A stretch of 63,608 bases of DNA, filler included, from Craspedostauros australis (GCA_030167865.1; 19 parts of 19 records of this genome joined end to end with filler, not necessarily neighbours in it); one strand, 5' to 3'; counted from the first letter of the whole stretch, positions 37,172 to 48,774 are shown. Made by a program: numbers and translations. The notes: generated by a model not told the origin, from the letters alone.

Positions 37172-38941
37172 ATGGTGCTCGGAGAGCTGGGCGGCAAGAT
37201 CCGCAGCTCGTTGCGGCAGCTGCACAATGTCGCGTCAGGTCGCGTGACCGGAAAGCACCTCAACACTTTGCTGAGCGACATCGCCAGAGCGCTCATCGAA
37301 GCCGATGTCAACGTCAAGCTCGTCATGACGCTGCGCGAGAACGTGAAGAGCAGGGTGCAGGACATCGTGCGGGACGACGAGGACGAGGCCGACGAGAACC
37401 AGCGCGCCGCGTCCAACGTCAGCAAGACGGTGCAGAAGGTGGTCGTGGAGGAGCTGGTCAAGCTGCTGTCGCCCGAGCGCAAGGCCTACGCCATGCGGCG
37501 ATCCAGGCCCAACGTGGTGCTCTTCGTGGGATTGCAGGGCGCGGGAAAGACCACCACCATCGCCAAGTTCGCCAACTACTACCAACGCCGCGGATGGAAG
37601 GCCGCGATGGTGTGCGCCGATACCTTCCGTGCCGGCGCCTTCGATCAGCTCAAGCAGAACGCCACCAAGCTGCGCATTCCCTTCTACGGATCCTACACCC
37701 AGGCGGATCCGGTGGCGATCGCGGCCGAGGGAGTCAAGCAGTTCGCCAAGGACAAGTACGAGCTCATCATCGTCGACACGTCCGGTCGCCACAAGCAGGA
37801 GGCCGGTCTGCTGGAGGAGATGCAGGAGATCGCCGCTGCGATCCGCCCCGACAACGTCGTCCTGGTCATGGATGCGACGCAAGGTCAGGCGGTCTACGAC
37901 CAGGCAGCGGCGTTCTCCAGCGCGATCGATGTTGGAAGCGTCGTCATCACCAAGCTGGATGGACATGCCAAGGGCGGCGGCGCCTTGTCCGCCGTGGCCG
38001 CGACGGGATCGCCCATTCTGTTCCTGGGTTCCGGGGAGCACTTCGACGATCTCGAACCCTTCAACGCGCAGTCCTTCGTCTCGAAGCTGCTGGGATTCGG
38101 CGACGTCCGCGGCCTCATGGAGGCCATGAAGTCGGCGGACGACGGCAAGTCTCGCGAGGAGCTCATGGAGAAGATGTCGAAGGGACAGTTCACGCTGCGT
38201 GACATGTACAACCAATTCCAGCGCGTGCTCAACATGGGACCGCTCAACAAGATGATGGGCATGATGCCTGGCATGCCGGATTACCTCATGCCAAAGGCCG
38301 GCGACGACCAATCCACGTTGCGTCTCAAGAAGTTCATGTACATGATGGATTCGATGACAGACAAGGAGCTTGACGGAAAGGTAGACTTTTCGGACAGAGC
38401 CGATCCCAGGACCGTATCTCGGATCCGCCGCATCGCAGCTGGGTCCGGCACCCATCCCAAGGAGGTCGAGATGCTGCTGCAGACGCACAAGCAGCTGGGC
38501 ACCATGGTCTCCAGAATGGGAAAATCGGGAATGCTCGGCAAGGGTGCGCAGGCCAAGCAGCAGCAGATGGCGGCGCAGTTCCGCAAGAACCCAGCGCTCA
38601 TCCAGCAGCGTCTCAACCAGATGGACCCGCGCGTGTTGCAACAGATGGGCGGACGCGAAGCCGTGGCCAAGATGATGCAGCAGATGGCGCGGGGTGGGAA
38701 TCCAGGCGCCGGCGAAGCTGGTGGCATGGACGGCATGCCAGACATGAGCGCCTTGATGGGAGGAGCAGGCGGTGGCATGATGCCACCTGGCATGCCCAAC
38801 ATGGGCGGAATGCAAATGCCGCAGGGCATGGACATGTCCACCCTCATGAAGATGGCGCAGTCCATGGGCGGCATGGGCGGTGCCGGTGGTATGCCCAATA
38901 TGGGCGGCATGGGAATGCCACCAGCTGGTGGACGCAGATAG
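37172..38941 (+). CDS. SRP54: Signal recognition particle 54 kDa subunit
   Basis: MVLGELG start; GLQGAGKTTT, DTFRAGAFDQL, DTSGRH and TKLDGHAKGGG GTPase motifs; M domain FTLRDMYNQF and RIAAGSG. Confidence 0.98.
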   Translation: MVLGELGGKIRSSLRQLHNVASGRVTGKHLNTLLSDIARALIEADVNVKLVMTLRENVKSRVQDIVRDDEDEADENQRAASNVSKTVQKVVVEELVKLLSPERKAYAMRRSRPNVVLFVGLQGAGKTTTIAKFANYYQRRGWKAAMVCADTFRAGAFDQLKQNATKLRIPFYGSYTQADPVAIAAEGVKQFAKDKYELIIVDTSGRHKQEAGLLEEMQEIAAAIRPDNVVLVMDATQGQAVYDQAAAFSSAIDVGSVVITKLDGHAKGGGALSAVAATGSPILFLGSGEHFDDLEPFNAQSFVSKLLGFGDVRGLMEAMKSADDGKSREELMEKMSKGQFTLRDMYNQFQRVLNMGPLNKMMGMMPGMPDYLMPKAGDDQSTLRLKKFMYMMDSMTDKELDGKVDFSDRADPRTVSRIRRIAAGSGTHPKEVEMLLQTHKQLGTMVSRMGKSGMLGKGAQAKQQQMAAQFRKNPALIQQRLNQMDPRVLQQMGGREAVAKMMQQMARGGNPGAGEAGGMDGMPDMSALMGGAGGGMMPPGMPNMGGMQMPQGMDMSTLMKMAQSMGGMGGAGGMPNMGGMGMPPAGGRR

Positions 38942-39794
38942 AAATGGTTGGAGCAAGACAGCGTCACCTTCGCTTGACTTTACTCGACTTTACTCAACTT
39001 CACTCCATGAGGACCCTTCTCAGCGATGGGATCCACGAGTTCCACGAGAGTCACCCACTTGCGAAAAACGCCAGTCCCAGGCCAACACAAGCAACTGCAT
39101 AATTATCATCACAGTTACTATACCAAGCATACTTGCCTGCGAGTACATAACGGGAGTACAGCCGTGGGCTATGCCTGTCAACTCTTTGCCTCTCCGATCA
39201 TTGCTTGGTGTGGCCGCCATGCTCGTTGCACGCAGGAACAATCCCAAAAGTAGGAGAAAGATAATTTTGCCGCTGACTACAGGGCGCATTTTCGTTCACT
39301 CCCAGGACATTCGCGTTGAACCAGGGTCAACCATAGAGGTGTCCAAATCAATCCACTCTGATCGTATTTAGTGTCCACAATGACTGGAACAGAAGCCCTC
39401 GTGATGGATGGAATATTCTCGCGGTTCCGCGGACAAACTAATGGACCACAACACTTCTAACACGCGAAGAGGCAGTTTGCGTTGTTGTGCCTTGGATCTT
39501 GTTGGTGTTGTTGTCCGTTTTACTGGGGGGATTGTGCGTGTCTGGTTGCGGATGTTCCAAGACGCGCGCAACCACATGAGAGTGGAGAAAGAAATAAGTC
39601 CCAACGAGATTCGAAACTGCAATTGCCCGTCATTGTCTTGTGCAACGACTTCAGACAATGCTGCGCAGACTCGTGGCGAGATCGAGGATAGTCGTACGCC
39701 CACAATATCGCGAAGAGGCAGACACAAAGATCACCAACTGAAACCGGAACTGGCACCTCCAAGTCGACCTCAGCAAGCCTAATCTGCAATTTCA

Positions 39795-41027
39795 ATGCTC
39801 ATGATGTCAACCCCAACGATGACAACAGCGCCCCCGATGGACACACCCCGGTCCAACATGCTGCACAAGAACAGGACGAGCAGCACGAAGAGCCTCAACG
39901 ATCCATCGACCAACATGTCAGACACAGACTCCCTCACCGACAGTGGACTCTCCGATGCCCAGCTGCAAAGCTCTTCTTTGAAGTTCGACCGTGCTGGAAT
40001 CGTTGGGCGGGACAAGGAGAAACGGGTGCTGTCCAATGCCATCAATCAGATGCTCAACAGCAAGCAAGCCACTCAAGGTACGCGAAGTCTGGATAGCACC
40101 AGCATCACCACCAGCAGTAGCAGCACCAGCAGTCAAAGCTTCACCTCCAACCACAACAGTGAAGATGAGATGCATCACAAACAACAACGTCGCGGGCAGC
40201 GCCATCGCACAAGTCTCAAGACAGTATGCTTCATCTCGGGACCATCAGGAAGCGGCAAGTCCGCACTCGCCATGCACTACAAGCAGCACTGCCTCGACAA
40301 CTTCGCCTTCTTCATTTCTGGCAAGTTCGATCTTCAGCAGATGGAGGAACCGTACGCGGGCATCAAGAACGCGATGGGCCAGCTGGTGGAGCAGATCATG
40401 GCATTGCCTCAGGAGGATACTCGTATGGCTGATGCGGCAGTGGATGATCCGCGAAGATTCTCGACATTGCACCAATCGTTGATTCGGTGCCTGTCGTCGA
40501 GGGAGCTCAAGACTCTGTACAAGATCATTCCAGGTCTACTTGAGATGATGGTCGGCGAAGGCGCCAGCAATACAATTGAAGATCGACAGAACAAGGACCA
40601 CGACCTCCAAGAAATTAGCGATGATGATGTCAGCGCACATGCCGATGAAGATGCGAGCACATCATTGCGTGGCATTCGTGAGCAATCTCTGACCAAACAG
40701 TCTTCGTTCACGAGCGCTTCCACCTCAGGATCGGCTGCTCATGGACTCGATCCATCCACTCAATCAGCATCAGTCGCAGTCACGGAAGGATACAGAGCGA
40801 AGTCCGATCGAATCAAGCACACACTCAAGCGATTCCTTCGGATCGTCTGCAATCACAGCCCGCTGGTGATCATGATGGACGACATCCAATGGGCTGACAA
40901 GGCATCGATCGACATCATGCAGACATGGGCGATGGATGGCGACATCTCATCCCTGATGATCATCGGATGCTTCAGATCCAACGAGCTCGAGCAAAGCCAA
41001 GACCTTCAAGACATGATCACGGCTCTT
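39795..41027 (+). CDS. STAND/AAA_16-type P-loop ATPase protein, 3'-truncated
   Basis: IVGRDKE, Walker A GPSGSGKS, FISGKFD..EPY and Walker B PLVIMMDDIQWAD. Confidence 0.85.
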
Positions 41028-41127
41028 NNNNNNNNNNNNNNNNNNNNNNNNNNNNNNNNNNNNNNNNNNNNTTAATTAATTAANNNNNNNNNNNNNNNNN
41101 NNNNNNNNNNNNNNNNNNNNNNNNNNN

Positions 41128-42198
41128 TGAACTCTCTTTATGTTTCCGATTGCTATGGTCCTCACCGAACGTACGGTGTCACCTTCATTGGTCAACTGGC
41201 CTGCACTGATTCTCTTTCCTGCACCGTCGCTGGTGAATATCCCTACAGAGACGCCATCACACAAAGCGGCGCCTGCGTTGGACCCTACGCCCGTGCGGGC
41301 ATTGGCTTCTGCATTGAACAGAACCGGGCCAGCCACTCCCGGAGCCACATCAGAATTGGGTCCAACGCATGCCTTGGTGATCATGCATACGGCGGAGCAC
41401 ATGTGAGCTTTTACTACGACTGCGCATGCACACCGTTGCCGTCAGCTGGGAAGATCCAGGGCAGCTTGATCATCGGCGACAATGCCTGCGCCGCAGCCTA
41501 CGCTTGCGCAGGATTGGAATTCGGTGACTCAATGACGACTGACATCATTGTGCCAGAATATGGCTGTGACAGCGGCGGCGCGTGCTACGAATGCATGACA
41601 AAAACCAACTGCGGCAGCGACGAAGTCTTCATTATCTACGATGCTGCTGTCACCTGCCCCAAAGACGTGGATGGTTATGTAAGGGTCGAAAGGGTCGATC
41701 AATTCTGCATCAACAATGATCAACGCCCAACAGATTGCCCGACTTTCGCCCCCTACTCCGCTGGCAAGCGATACCCCAACAATGATTCCGACAGAGCAGC
41801 CATCCGATCTGCCAACTTTTGTTCCAACAAACTCCCCGACCATCAACAACACCACCCTGCAGACCCTTTGCTTGAATGAGGCTGGGGAGGTTGCTGCAGG
41901 CTTCACCTCCAGACCAGTCATCCTCTGTGATGACGATGTGGGCACATGCACACAATTCGTCAACGACATCGAGTCTCTCCCAACAAACAAGGACAGGTTT
42001 GTGAAAAGCATCTTCGGATGCGATGACGACCAAGGCAGCCAGGCGTCGCAGCAACAGGCGCAGGTACGATTCGATCACATCAAGAATGACCCCCAAGCAA
42101 TCGTAGCCATCCTCACTGCTCTCGAAGGTGATGGCATCCTTCTCACTGCGAACGCCGCAAGCCTATCCATGAGATGCGGTGCTGTGGGCGGGGCCTGC
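41128..42198 (+). pseudogene. Frameshifted paralogue of the Cys-rich/PS-repeat protein at 44309-47332
   Basis: Colinear similarity (GVTFIG, SHIRIGSNAC, GSLIIGD, KSIFGC); +1 shift in the C5 run 41749-41753; two conserved Cys replaced (CGT, TAC). Confidence 0.7.
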
Positions 42199-42298
42199 NN
42201 NNNNNNNNNNNNNNNNNNNNNNNNNNNNNNNNNNNNNNNNNNTTAATTAATTAANNNNNNNNNNNNNNNNNNNNNNNNNNNNNNNNNNNNNNNNNNNN

Positions 42299-43388
42299 TT
42301 CAACTCCTCCTTTTCTCCGATGCATAGGCAGTCGTCGACGTAGGTGCCTATTAGCAGTAGTCTCCCTTCCTGATTTCGAATCAGAAGGCATGGATCCACT
42401 TTGCTCTGTCGAAATCCCAGTTTGAGTAGAATGTCGACCAGCTTTTTGTTCCATTGTCTGGCGCTCTGCACTAATCCGTAGATGGTCTTCTTGAGCAGCA
42501 AGCATTCGTCAGCCTCATGCCTCATCCCCTTTGGGCATTGCATGTAGATCTCTTTGTCAAGTTCTCCATGCAAGAATGCTGTCTCGAAGTCGATGATCAT
42601 ACTATCCATGTGCAGCAGCATCTTCATAGTGAGCATGATGCAGTAGGTTGCATCATGAATCACTGGTGCGTGGTGTGCTGAGAAGTCCACTCCTGCGATC
42701 TGTGAGTAGCCGCAGGCAACGAGTCTGGCCCGGAAGACTCCGTTCCTCTTCTCCTTGAATACCCACTTGGTCTTCACGCATCGCCGATCCCTTGGCATTC
42801 GGTTCCTCTTGATCTTCTCCCATACTCCTCTTCTGGTCATATCGTTGAACTCTTTATTGATAGCCTCTCTCCACTTCTTTCTCTTCTTGGGATCTGCATG
42901 GTCCCAGCATTCTTCGAAGGTGGTGGGGTCTAGCATCATAGCTACGCTTGCTTGCTCGGGTCTGACTCGATCATTCGTTACTTGGCTCGCAGCGATGAAG
43001 TCATCCAATCTCATCTTTCCGTGAGTGGTGTCTATCATCATCCCTGCGACGTCTCTGTTGAACATCGACCCGTCTGTATGGAAGCTCGGCCCCTCTGTCG
43101 CCGCTGTTTCGGCTTCTGTCTCTTGGGCAGTCTCTTGCTTCTCATCGTCAGATTCCGAGGCCTCGCTGGATCCGTAGTCTCTGTCCTCTTTAGGAACGGG
43201 CGAGTTGTTATACCCTGCGAGATCTCTGACCATTCTCGGTACGTACGCAACAGGTGTTGCGACTGGAGTCGAGGGTGGTTCTTTTTCTACCGTTCTTTCC
43301 TCACTCCTTCCATCCTCGTCCCTTCCGGATTCATCGCCGACGTCATCGTCTGGTTCCTGATCCTCCTGGACGGGTAGCAGGTCGTCCT
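42299..43388 (-). mobile_element. Copia RT fragment
   Basis: WREAINKEF, KWVFKEKRNGVFRARLVACGYSQ, YGLVQSARQW and TYVDD. Confidence 0.93.
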
Positions 43389-44308
43389 NNNNNNNNNNNN
43401 NNNNNNNNNNNNNNNNNNNNNNNNNNNNNNNNTTAATTAATTAANNNNNNNNNNNNNNNNNNNNNNNNNNNNNNNNNNNNNNNNNNNNCAAATAGTGGTA
43501 CGCCCGTCAGCAGATCAATCATGATGGGGTGGATCTTGCATGTTCGTCTTTCTTTGAGATCATGGACGTGCCGGGCAGTCTGCCATCCGTTACGCCGAAG
43601 GACGGTGCTCCAACTCTCCTCGTGCCAGCTGGTCAGATGGTTTGGATGGTACCGGAACAAGTCGACGGAGGCAGCGTCCATGGCGATGTGAACGGGGATG
43701 GTACTGCTGATGGAGTATCCTACACTCTGCAGACGTTGAGTGAAAGCGGTCAGTTGATCTGTGCTCAAGTGCCAGCATCGCATGTGCCATGCGCTGTGTC
43801 CCAGACTGGAGAGCTTCACTCATCACAGGAGGGGAAAGGTTGTTTTCGATACAGCTATCTGCTATACTATTCTATCTTATAATATTGCTCACCAAAGTTA
43901 TCTGCGTGGTTGGAGTCAACGAGAACTATGCTTGATAGGGGAGAGAGTGCAATTCTCCACATTGACTCATGGCAGTGTTTCAACGTTTGTATTGTAATAG
44001 TTGGTGCCACAGGACTCTTGAAGTTTTGAGTTTCTGAGGTCTGGTACGAAGCCATCAGATCTCACCGCACCCTCGCAAACAACGGCTCCAACCGCCGAAG
44101 TAAACTCGTCCACCCGTGGTACCAGATGGAGTGAGAGCAGTGCTGTACCATTCCATCATACAGCCCTCGTGTTAGTACTCGTGCTCATTTCGTATCTTAG
44201 TATAAGTGGTTGTAGCAGTTGTAGCCGCATGTCGACACCAGCGATATACTTCATGTGGGAGATGAAATCCTAGTATCGGTATTCTGATTGTGTTATTTCG
44301 TGCCAGTC

Positions 44309-47300
44309 TTAGCTGCAGGAAGATTGTTCTGGACCAGGACAACCAACCTTTGGGGCGCTGATGGTGTATGTTTCTGAGGACAAATCACATGACTGGACGC
44401 CCTTCAAGCAATCTCGGCACGTAACAGTTCCAATGCAGGCTCCTTCTTCGATGACAAGGTCATTGCCTCCAATCCCGTCCTGATGAAGATCGCCGCACAC
44501 AGACTCTCCGTTGCATGCATTCTTCTTCACGGTAACACTTCCCGTTGCGATGGCAGTATTTTTATACATCGATGTGCAAGCGATATCATCTCGGCACGCG
44601 TTGGTTTCGATACTAATATCGACTCGGATTGGTGATGCGATATTGCCTTGACTCTTACGTTGTCCCAGGTTTCGGCAAGCGAACACCCCGTCAGAGCAAG
44701 CCCCTTCTGCGACTCTCACGTTACCATAGACGTCTTTGCCCATGGCCTTGCAACCCTCCAGATCTTTGCAAGCATTTGGCCCAATCACTTTGTAGCCAAG
44801 CTGGGCAGCCGAGTTTGGGGCCGTGGTGAACGTACCAAAATTGGCGCAGGTATCATCAGTGCTTTGACTGTTGGAGGTGCAGCTGTCGATGATAATAGCG
44901 TTTTCGACCACAAGGTTGCAGTTACTGTCTCCGACCATGCATGAACTTTCGGTAATCGTCATCACACCAGTGGAGGGACTAACCACACACGCTTCGTCTC
45001 CTGTGCAGCAGTTGCCATTGCAAGCTGCCGTCAACTGGGGTCCACCACCAGTGAGGAGGTTCTTGGTCGCCACTGTTGTCAACAACAGTTGGGTCACCTC
45101 CGCGTCATTCTTCATGCTGTTGAAGCGTTTCTGGGCCACCTCCTGCGACACAGCCACCCCTGATGGTTCGCAGCCAAAGATACTTTTGATCATTTTGGCT
45201 TTGCCATCGTCAAGTGCGTTGATATAATCGATGAAGTGGGCACATGTTCCGGTCGCGCCATCGCAGCTGACTACATCGGCAACGGGGTTGAAATTCGATG
45301 ATCCATTTCCAGGAGTTTCGAGACAGCCAACTTGAATGGTGGCTGGGGAACGGGTTGGCGCCATCGTGATCGTTGGTACTTCAGTTGGAGCAATGGATTC
45401 CGAAGGAGCTAGGCTGGGGGTGTCTGAAGGCACAGTCGATGGGCTGTTAGATGGGGTTTCAGTCGGCATTGAGGACGGTTGGTCGGACGGAAGATCAGAC
45501 GGTTGGTCAGATGGGGCACTGGAAGGTTGGTCGGATGGAGTGTCGGACGGTTGGTCGGACGGAAGATCAGATGGTTGGTCAGATGGGCCATTGGAAGGTT
45601 GGTTGGAAGGAGCACCTGACGGGAGTGAACTTGGGCTGTCCGAAGGCAGTGAGCTTGGAACATCGGATGGTTGGTCAGATGGGACATTGGAAGGTTGGTC
45701 GGACGGAGTGTCGGACGGTTGGTCGGACGGAAGATCAGATGGTTGGTCAGATGGGCCATTGGAAGGTTGGTCGGATGGAGTGTCTGATGGGAGTGAACTT
45801 GGGTTGTCCGAGGGCAGTGAGCTTGGGACATTGGATGGTTCGTCAGATGGGATATTGGAAGGTTGGTCGGATGGTTGGTCGGACGGAAGATCAGATGGTT
45901 GGTCAGACGGGACATTGGAAGGTTGGTTGGAAGGAGCACCTGATGGAAGTGAACTTGGGTTGTCCGAGGGCAGTGAGCTTGGGACATCGGATGGATTTTC
46001 GGAAGGAATATTGGAGGGGGCCTCGGACGGAACTGTGCTCGGCATGGCCGACCCAAAGACAGTTGGACTGTTGGTTGGTCTTCTTGTGATGGTCGGAAGA
46101 GGTGTTGGAAAGAAGGTCGGGGTCTCTGTGGGCAAGCTGTCTCTTCCAATGCAGTACTCCTCCACCCTCTCCCCAGTCGGATTGCCACCGGAGCTGCTGT
46201 CTCCCTTGGGGCAAGCTCCATCGGTGTTGCTGATGAGATACGCCCCACCGTTGTCGCAGTCTTTTGCGGTGATGCATCCCCTGCAGGTGCCGGCGACACT
46301 GCACTCACCAGGAGCAACGATGATGTCCATTCCTAACCTGTCGTTGAAACCAATCTTTTCGCAGGAGCGGTCCTGATCGCAACCGCCGTCGCCGATCGTC
46401 AGACTCCCTTTGTACTTGCCGGCAGTGCCATAATTGACTGTGGAATGGGTATCCTTGCAGGCATCGATGCCAATGCATGCATTCGGTCCAATGCTGATGT
46501 GGCTTGGGAAACGGTTGGAGGTTTTCTGCTGACTGCGGCGTCCGGCCGCGTTGCATGCATCTGAGCCGACGCAAGAGGCATCCAGGACGACGACATTGCC
46601 GTAAGAGCGATGTCCAACTCCCTCGCATGATCCTGGATTGGTGCATGAGGCTTCACCCACGAAGGTGACTCCCACAACGGATGGATTGAGATCATTTTCA
46701 TTCATGGATTCGCATGCACTCTCGCCAGTGCATGAGGAATCGAGGATGAGGGGATTGGGCCCGATATTCTTGCATGCGCTGTCGCCAGTGCAACCAGTGA
46801 TGGCGACGGTCATGAATGGTGGAGAGCTGGAAGTGGAGGCGGCGGCAGAAGTGCACCCCGAAGATCCCTGGCAGCATGGGTCTGCGACCGCAGGCGATTG
46901 CATCATGGCGATGTCCGCGCATGCTGCGTTCATGGCATCCGGACGTTCGGTGACGAGGATCGCGTTGGTGGCAGCGATCATCGTGAGTTGCTCAGCGAGC
47001 ACGGCGTCCGTTGCGTACTTGTTGAAGAGCTTGCGCGCGGCTCCTTCTCCGAGATCTCCAGCGCAACCGAAGAAGTTCTGCAGCTCTGCGGATTCCTTGA
47101 CAGCGGTCACCGCCTCGCGGCACGATGGGTTGGTGGCATCGCAGATGATGGTCTTGGAGCTGGATTCGGCAAAAGTGAGGGCGGTGTCACCGTCCGGCTT
47201 ACAAGCGACTTCGATGATGGCATCGAAGGAGTCTGGGTCAGACGCTGGTTGAGTGGTAGGCGACATTGAGGGCATCTCAGCTGGAGGGCCCGTCGGCGGT

Positions 47301-47332
47301 CCTGTTGGTTCATGCGTCGGCGAGGCAGTCGG
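44309..47332 (-). CDS. Large extracellular Cys-rich protein with GxxxCxGxxAC repeats and a PSxx/PTxx mucin-like stalk, 5'-truncated
   Basis: About 1000-aa ORF open to the contig edge; two copies of a [helical C..C..FGC module plus Cys-repeat array] separated by PS repeats. Confidence 0.85.
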   Translation of the reverse strand, partial: PTASPTHEPTGPPTGPPAEMPSMSPTTQPASDPDSFDAIIEVACKPDGDTALTFAESSSKTIICDATNPSCREAVTAVKESAELQNFFGCAGDLGEGAARKLFNKYATDAVLAEQLTMIAATNAILVTERPDAMNAACADIAMMQSPAVADPCCQGSSGCTSAAASTSSSPPFMTVAITGCTGDSACKNIGPNPLILDSSCTGESACESMNENDLNPSVVGVTFVGEASCTNPGSCEGVGHRSYGNVVVLDASCVGSDACNAAGRRSQQKTSNRFPSHISIGPNACIGIDACKDTHSTVNYGTAGKYKGSLTIGDGGCDQDRSCEKIGFNDRLGMDIIVAPGECSVAGTCRGCITAKDCDNGGAYLISNTDGACPKGDSSSGGNPTGERVEEYCIGRDSLPTETPTFFPTPLPTITRRPTNSPTVFGSAMPSTVPSEAPSNIPSENPSDVPSSLPSDNPSSLPSGAPSNQPSNVPSDQPSDLPSDQPSDQPSNIPSDEPSNVPSSLPSDNPSSLPSDTPSDQPSNGPSDQPSDLPSDQPSDTPSDQPSNVPSDQPSDVPSSLPSDSPSSLPSGAPSNQPSNGPSDQPSDLPSDQPSDTPSDQPSSAPSDQPSDLPSDQPSSMPTETPSNSPSTVPSDTPSLAPSESIAPTEVPTITMAPTRSPATIQVGCLETPGNGSSNFNPVADVVSCDGATGTCAHFIDYINALDDGKAKMIKSIFGCEPSGVAVSQEVAQKRFNSMKNDAEVTQLLLTTVATKNLLTGGGPQLTAACNGNCCTGDEACVVSPSTGVMTITESSCMVGDSNCNLVVENAIIIDSCTSNSQSTDDTCANFGTFTTAPNSAAQLGYKVIGPNACKDLEGCKAMGKDVYGNVRVAEGACSDGVFACRNLGQRKSQGNIASPIRVDISIETNACRDDIACTSMYKNTAIATGSVTVKKNACNGESVCGDLHQDGIGGNDLVIEEGACIGTVTCRDCLKGVQSCDLSSETYTISAPKVGCPGPEQSSCS
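45400..46060 (-). repeat. 12-bp-period coding tandem repeat (PSDQ/PSDL/PSNV) with higher-order units
   Basis: Recurring GATGGTTGGTCAGATGG blocks. Confidence 0.9.
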
Positions 47333-47432
47333 NNNNNNNNNNNNNNNNNNNNNNNNNNNNNNNNNNNNNNNNNNNNTTAATTAATTAANNNNNNNNNNNN
47401 NNNNNNNNNNNNNNNNNNNNNNNNNNNNNNNN

Positions 47433-47675
47433 GTTGTTAGTGGCATGCATCCAGGCGCGTGTTCAGCGCAGATGGGCATAGATCACGTGACGTGTGAATG
47501 AATGGGAGCATTCATGAATAATGAATGCGCATTCGTTCGTTCATCCGTTTCATCGGAGCGATCGCGGGTTAGGCGACTGCACTGACAAACTCCAACAGCC
47601 ATGCCACAACAATGTCGTCGTCGGATAGACCGGCAGACAGACAAAAGAAAGGCATTAGCGCTGAGTGGGGTTCAC
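47433..47675 (-). other. ITS2 (partial)
   Basis: Lies immediately 3' of the 5.8S gene on the minus strand. Confidence 0.85.
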
Positions 47676-47832
47676 AGACACTCAGACAAGCATGCTTTCG
47701 GGAAGATCCCGAAAGCGCAATGTGCGTTCAAAGTTTTGATGATTCACGAGGTTTTGCAATTCGCATTACGTATCGCATTTCGCTGCGTTCTTCATCGTTG
47801 TGGGAACCTAGACATCCATCGCTGAAAGTTGT
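47676..47832 (-). rRNA. 5.8S rRNA
   Basis: AACTTTCAGCGATGGATGTCTAGG..CGATGAAGAACGCAGCGAAATGCGATACGTAATGCGAATTGCA..TTTGAACGCA..GCATGCTTGTCTGAGTGTC. Confidence 0.98.
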
Positions 47833-48140
47833 ACTAGATTAGTTTTGTTAGCTGTCGCGCGCTCCCGTTCGCCGATCTGCGACTACTGGTAAAAGAAGGA
47901 GCGGATCGAGGCTCGCGGTATGCGCGCAGACAGTACCAGGTTTAGGTCTTGTTGTCATTTCTCGTGGTTTGTGGAAAATGTTCATCAAGTAAAGTGATAG
48001 TGAGTGATATCAATAGTGTTAATATCAGTATCAATATACACAATACAGTGATGAGCAATGATCGGTTGTTCGACGCAGGCGGTTGTTACGCGCCGTTGTC
48101 TATTATTTCGCATGAGTGGTAAGATCTTGGATCTGTGCGG
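47833..48140 (-). other. ITS1
   Basis: Between the 18S end (GGATCATTA) and the 5.8S start. Confidence 0.92.
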
Positions 48141-48163
48141 TAATGATCCTTCCGCAGGTTCAC

Positions 48164-48358
48164 CTGTAGATCGGAAGAGTAAGGTAGTGGTCATGGTGTG
48201 GTTGGGATTGGGATGGGATGGGAAGGAGAGTGTGAGATTTGGGTTCGGTTGACATCAGGTTTCGCATGGACTCCTCATGTGCTTATCTGTCTGCATATGT
48301 ATGTGTATATGTGTATGTATGTATGTATGTATGTATGTATGTGAATTGTGTTACGTAC
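48164..48358 (-). other. Spliceosomal-type intron in 18S (195 nt)
   Basis: CCGTAG|GTACGT...CTACAG|GTGAAC. Confidence 0.93.
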
Positions 48359-48504
48359 CTACGGAAACCTTGTTACGACTTCACCTTCCTCTAAATGATA
48401 AGGTTTAGGCAAGTTCTCGCAACCAACTCNCAATGAAGGGAACTAATCGCAATCCCGAGACTTCACCGGACCATTCAATCGGTAGGTGCGACGGGCGGTG
48501 TGTA

Positions 48505-48750
48505 CTGTAGATCGTAGATGGGTGTGTGGATGGGTGTTAGGGTGTTAGGGTGGATGGGTGGATGACAGAGGAGAGGAATGGAGGTTAGTGTTTGGTCAGT
48601 GAATTTGATTCTTATTGTTACGGTGTGGTCATGCAAGTTCCATCTTTCATTTCTTGAGAACAAATGGACGGATGCAAGGTAGAGGCTGATGTGGACAAGT
48701 CACAATGACGCCAACAATAGTTGATGCCGACAAGATAGAGTCTTTCTTAC
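48505..48750 (-). other. Spliceosomal-type intron in 18S (246 nt)
   Basis: CCTTTG|GTAAGA...CTACAG|TACACA. Confidence 0.93.
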
Positions 48751-48774
48751 CAAAGGGCAGGGACGTAATCAATG

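Noticed and set aside
38680..38941. Met/Gly-rich C-terminal extension of SRP54
   Set aside because: Low-complexity M/G tails are common in eukaryotic SRP54
34240..38956. Long antisense ORFs (34240-36327, 37235-38956) and alternate-frame ORF 37150-38202
   Set aside because: Shadows of GC3-rich real genes (the SPFH protein and SRP54); no recognisable motifs
39795..41027. STAND ATPase as a bacterial contaminant or defence system
   Set aside because: On the same contig as eukaryotic SRP54, and this ATPase family is commonly expanded in diatoms
45336..46376. Plus-strand ORF with SDGW repeats
   Set aside because: Antisense of the PSxx tandem repeat in the minus-strand gene
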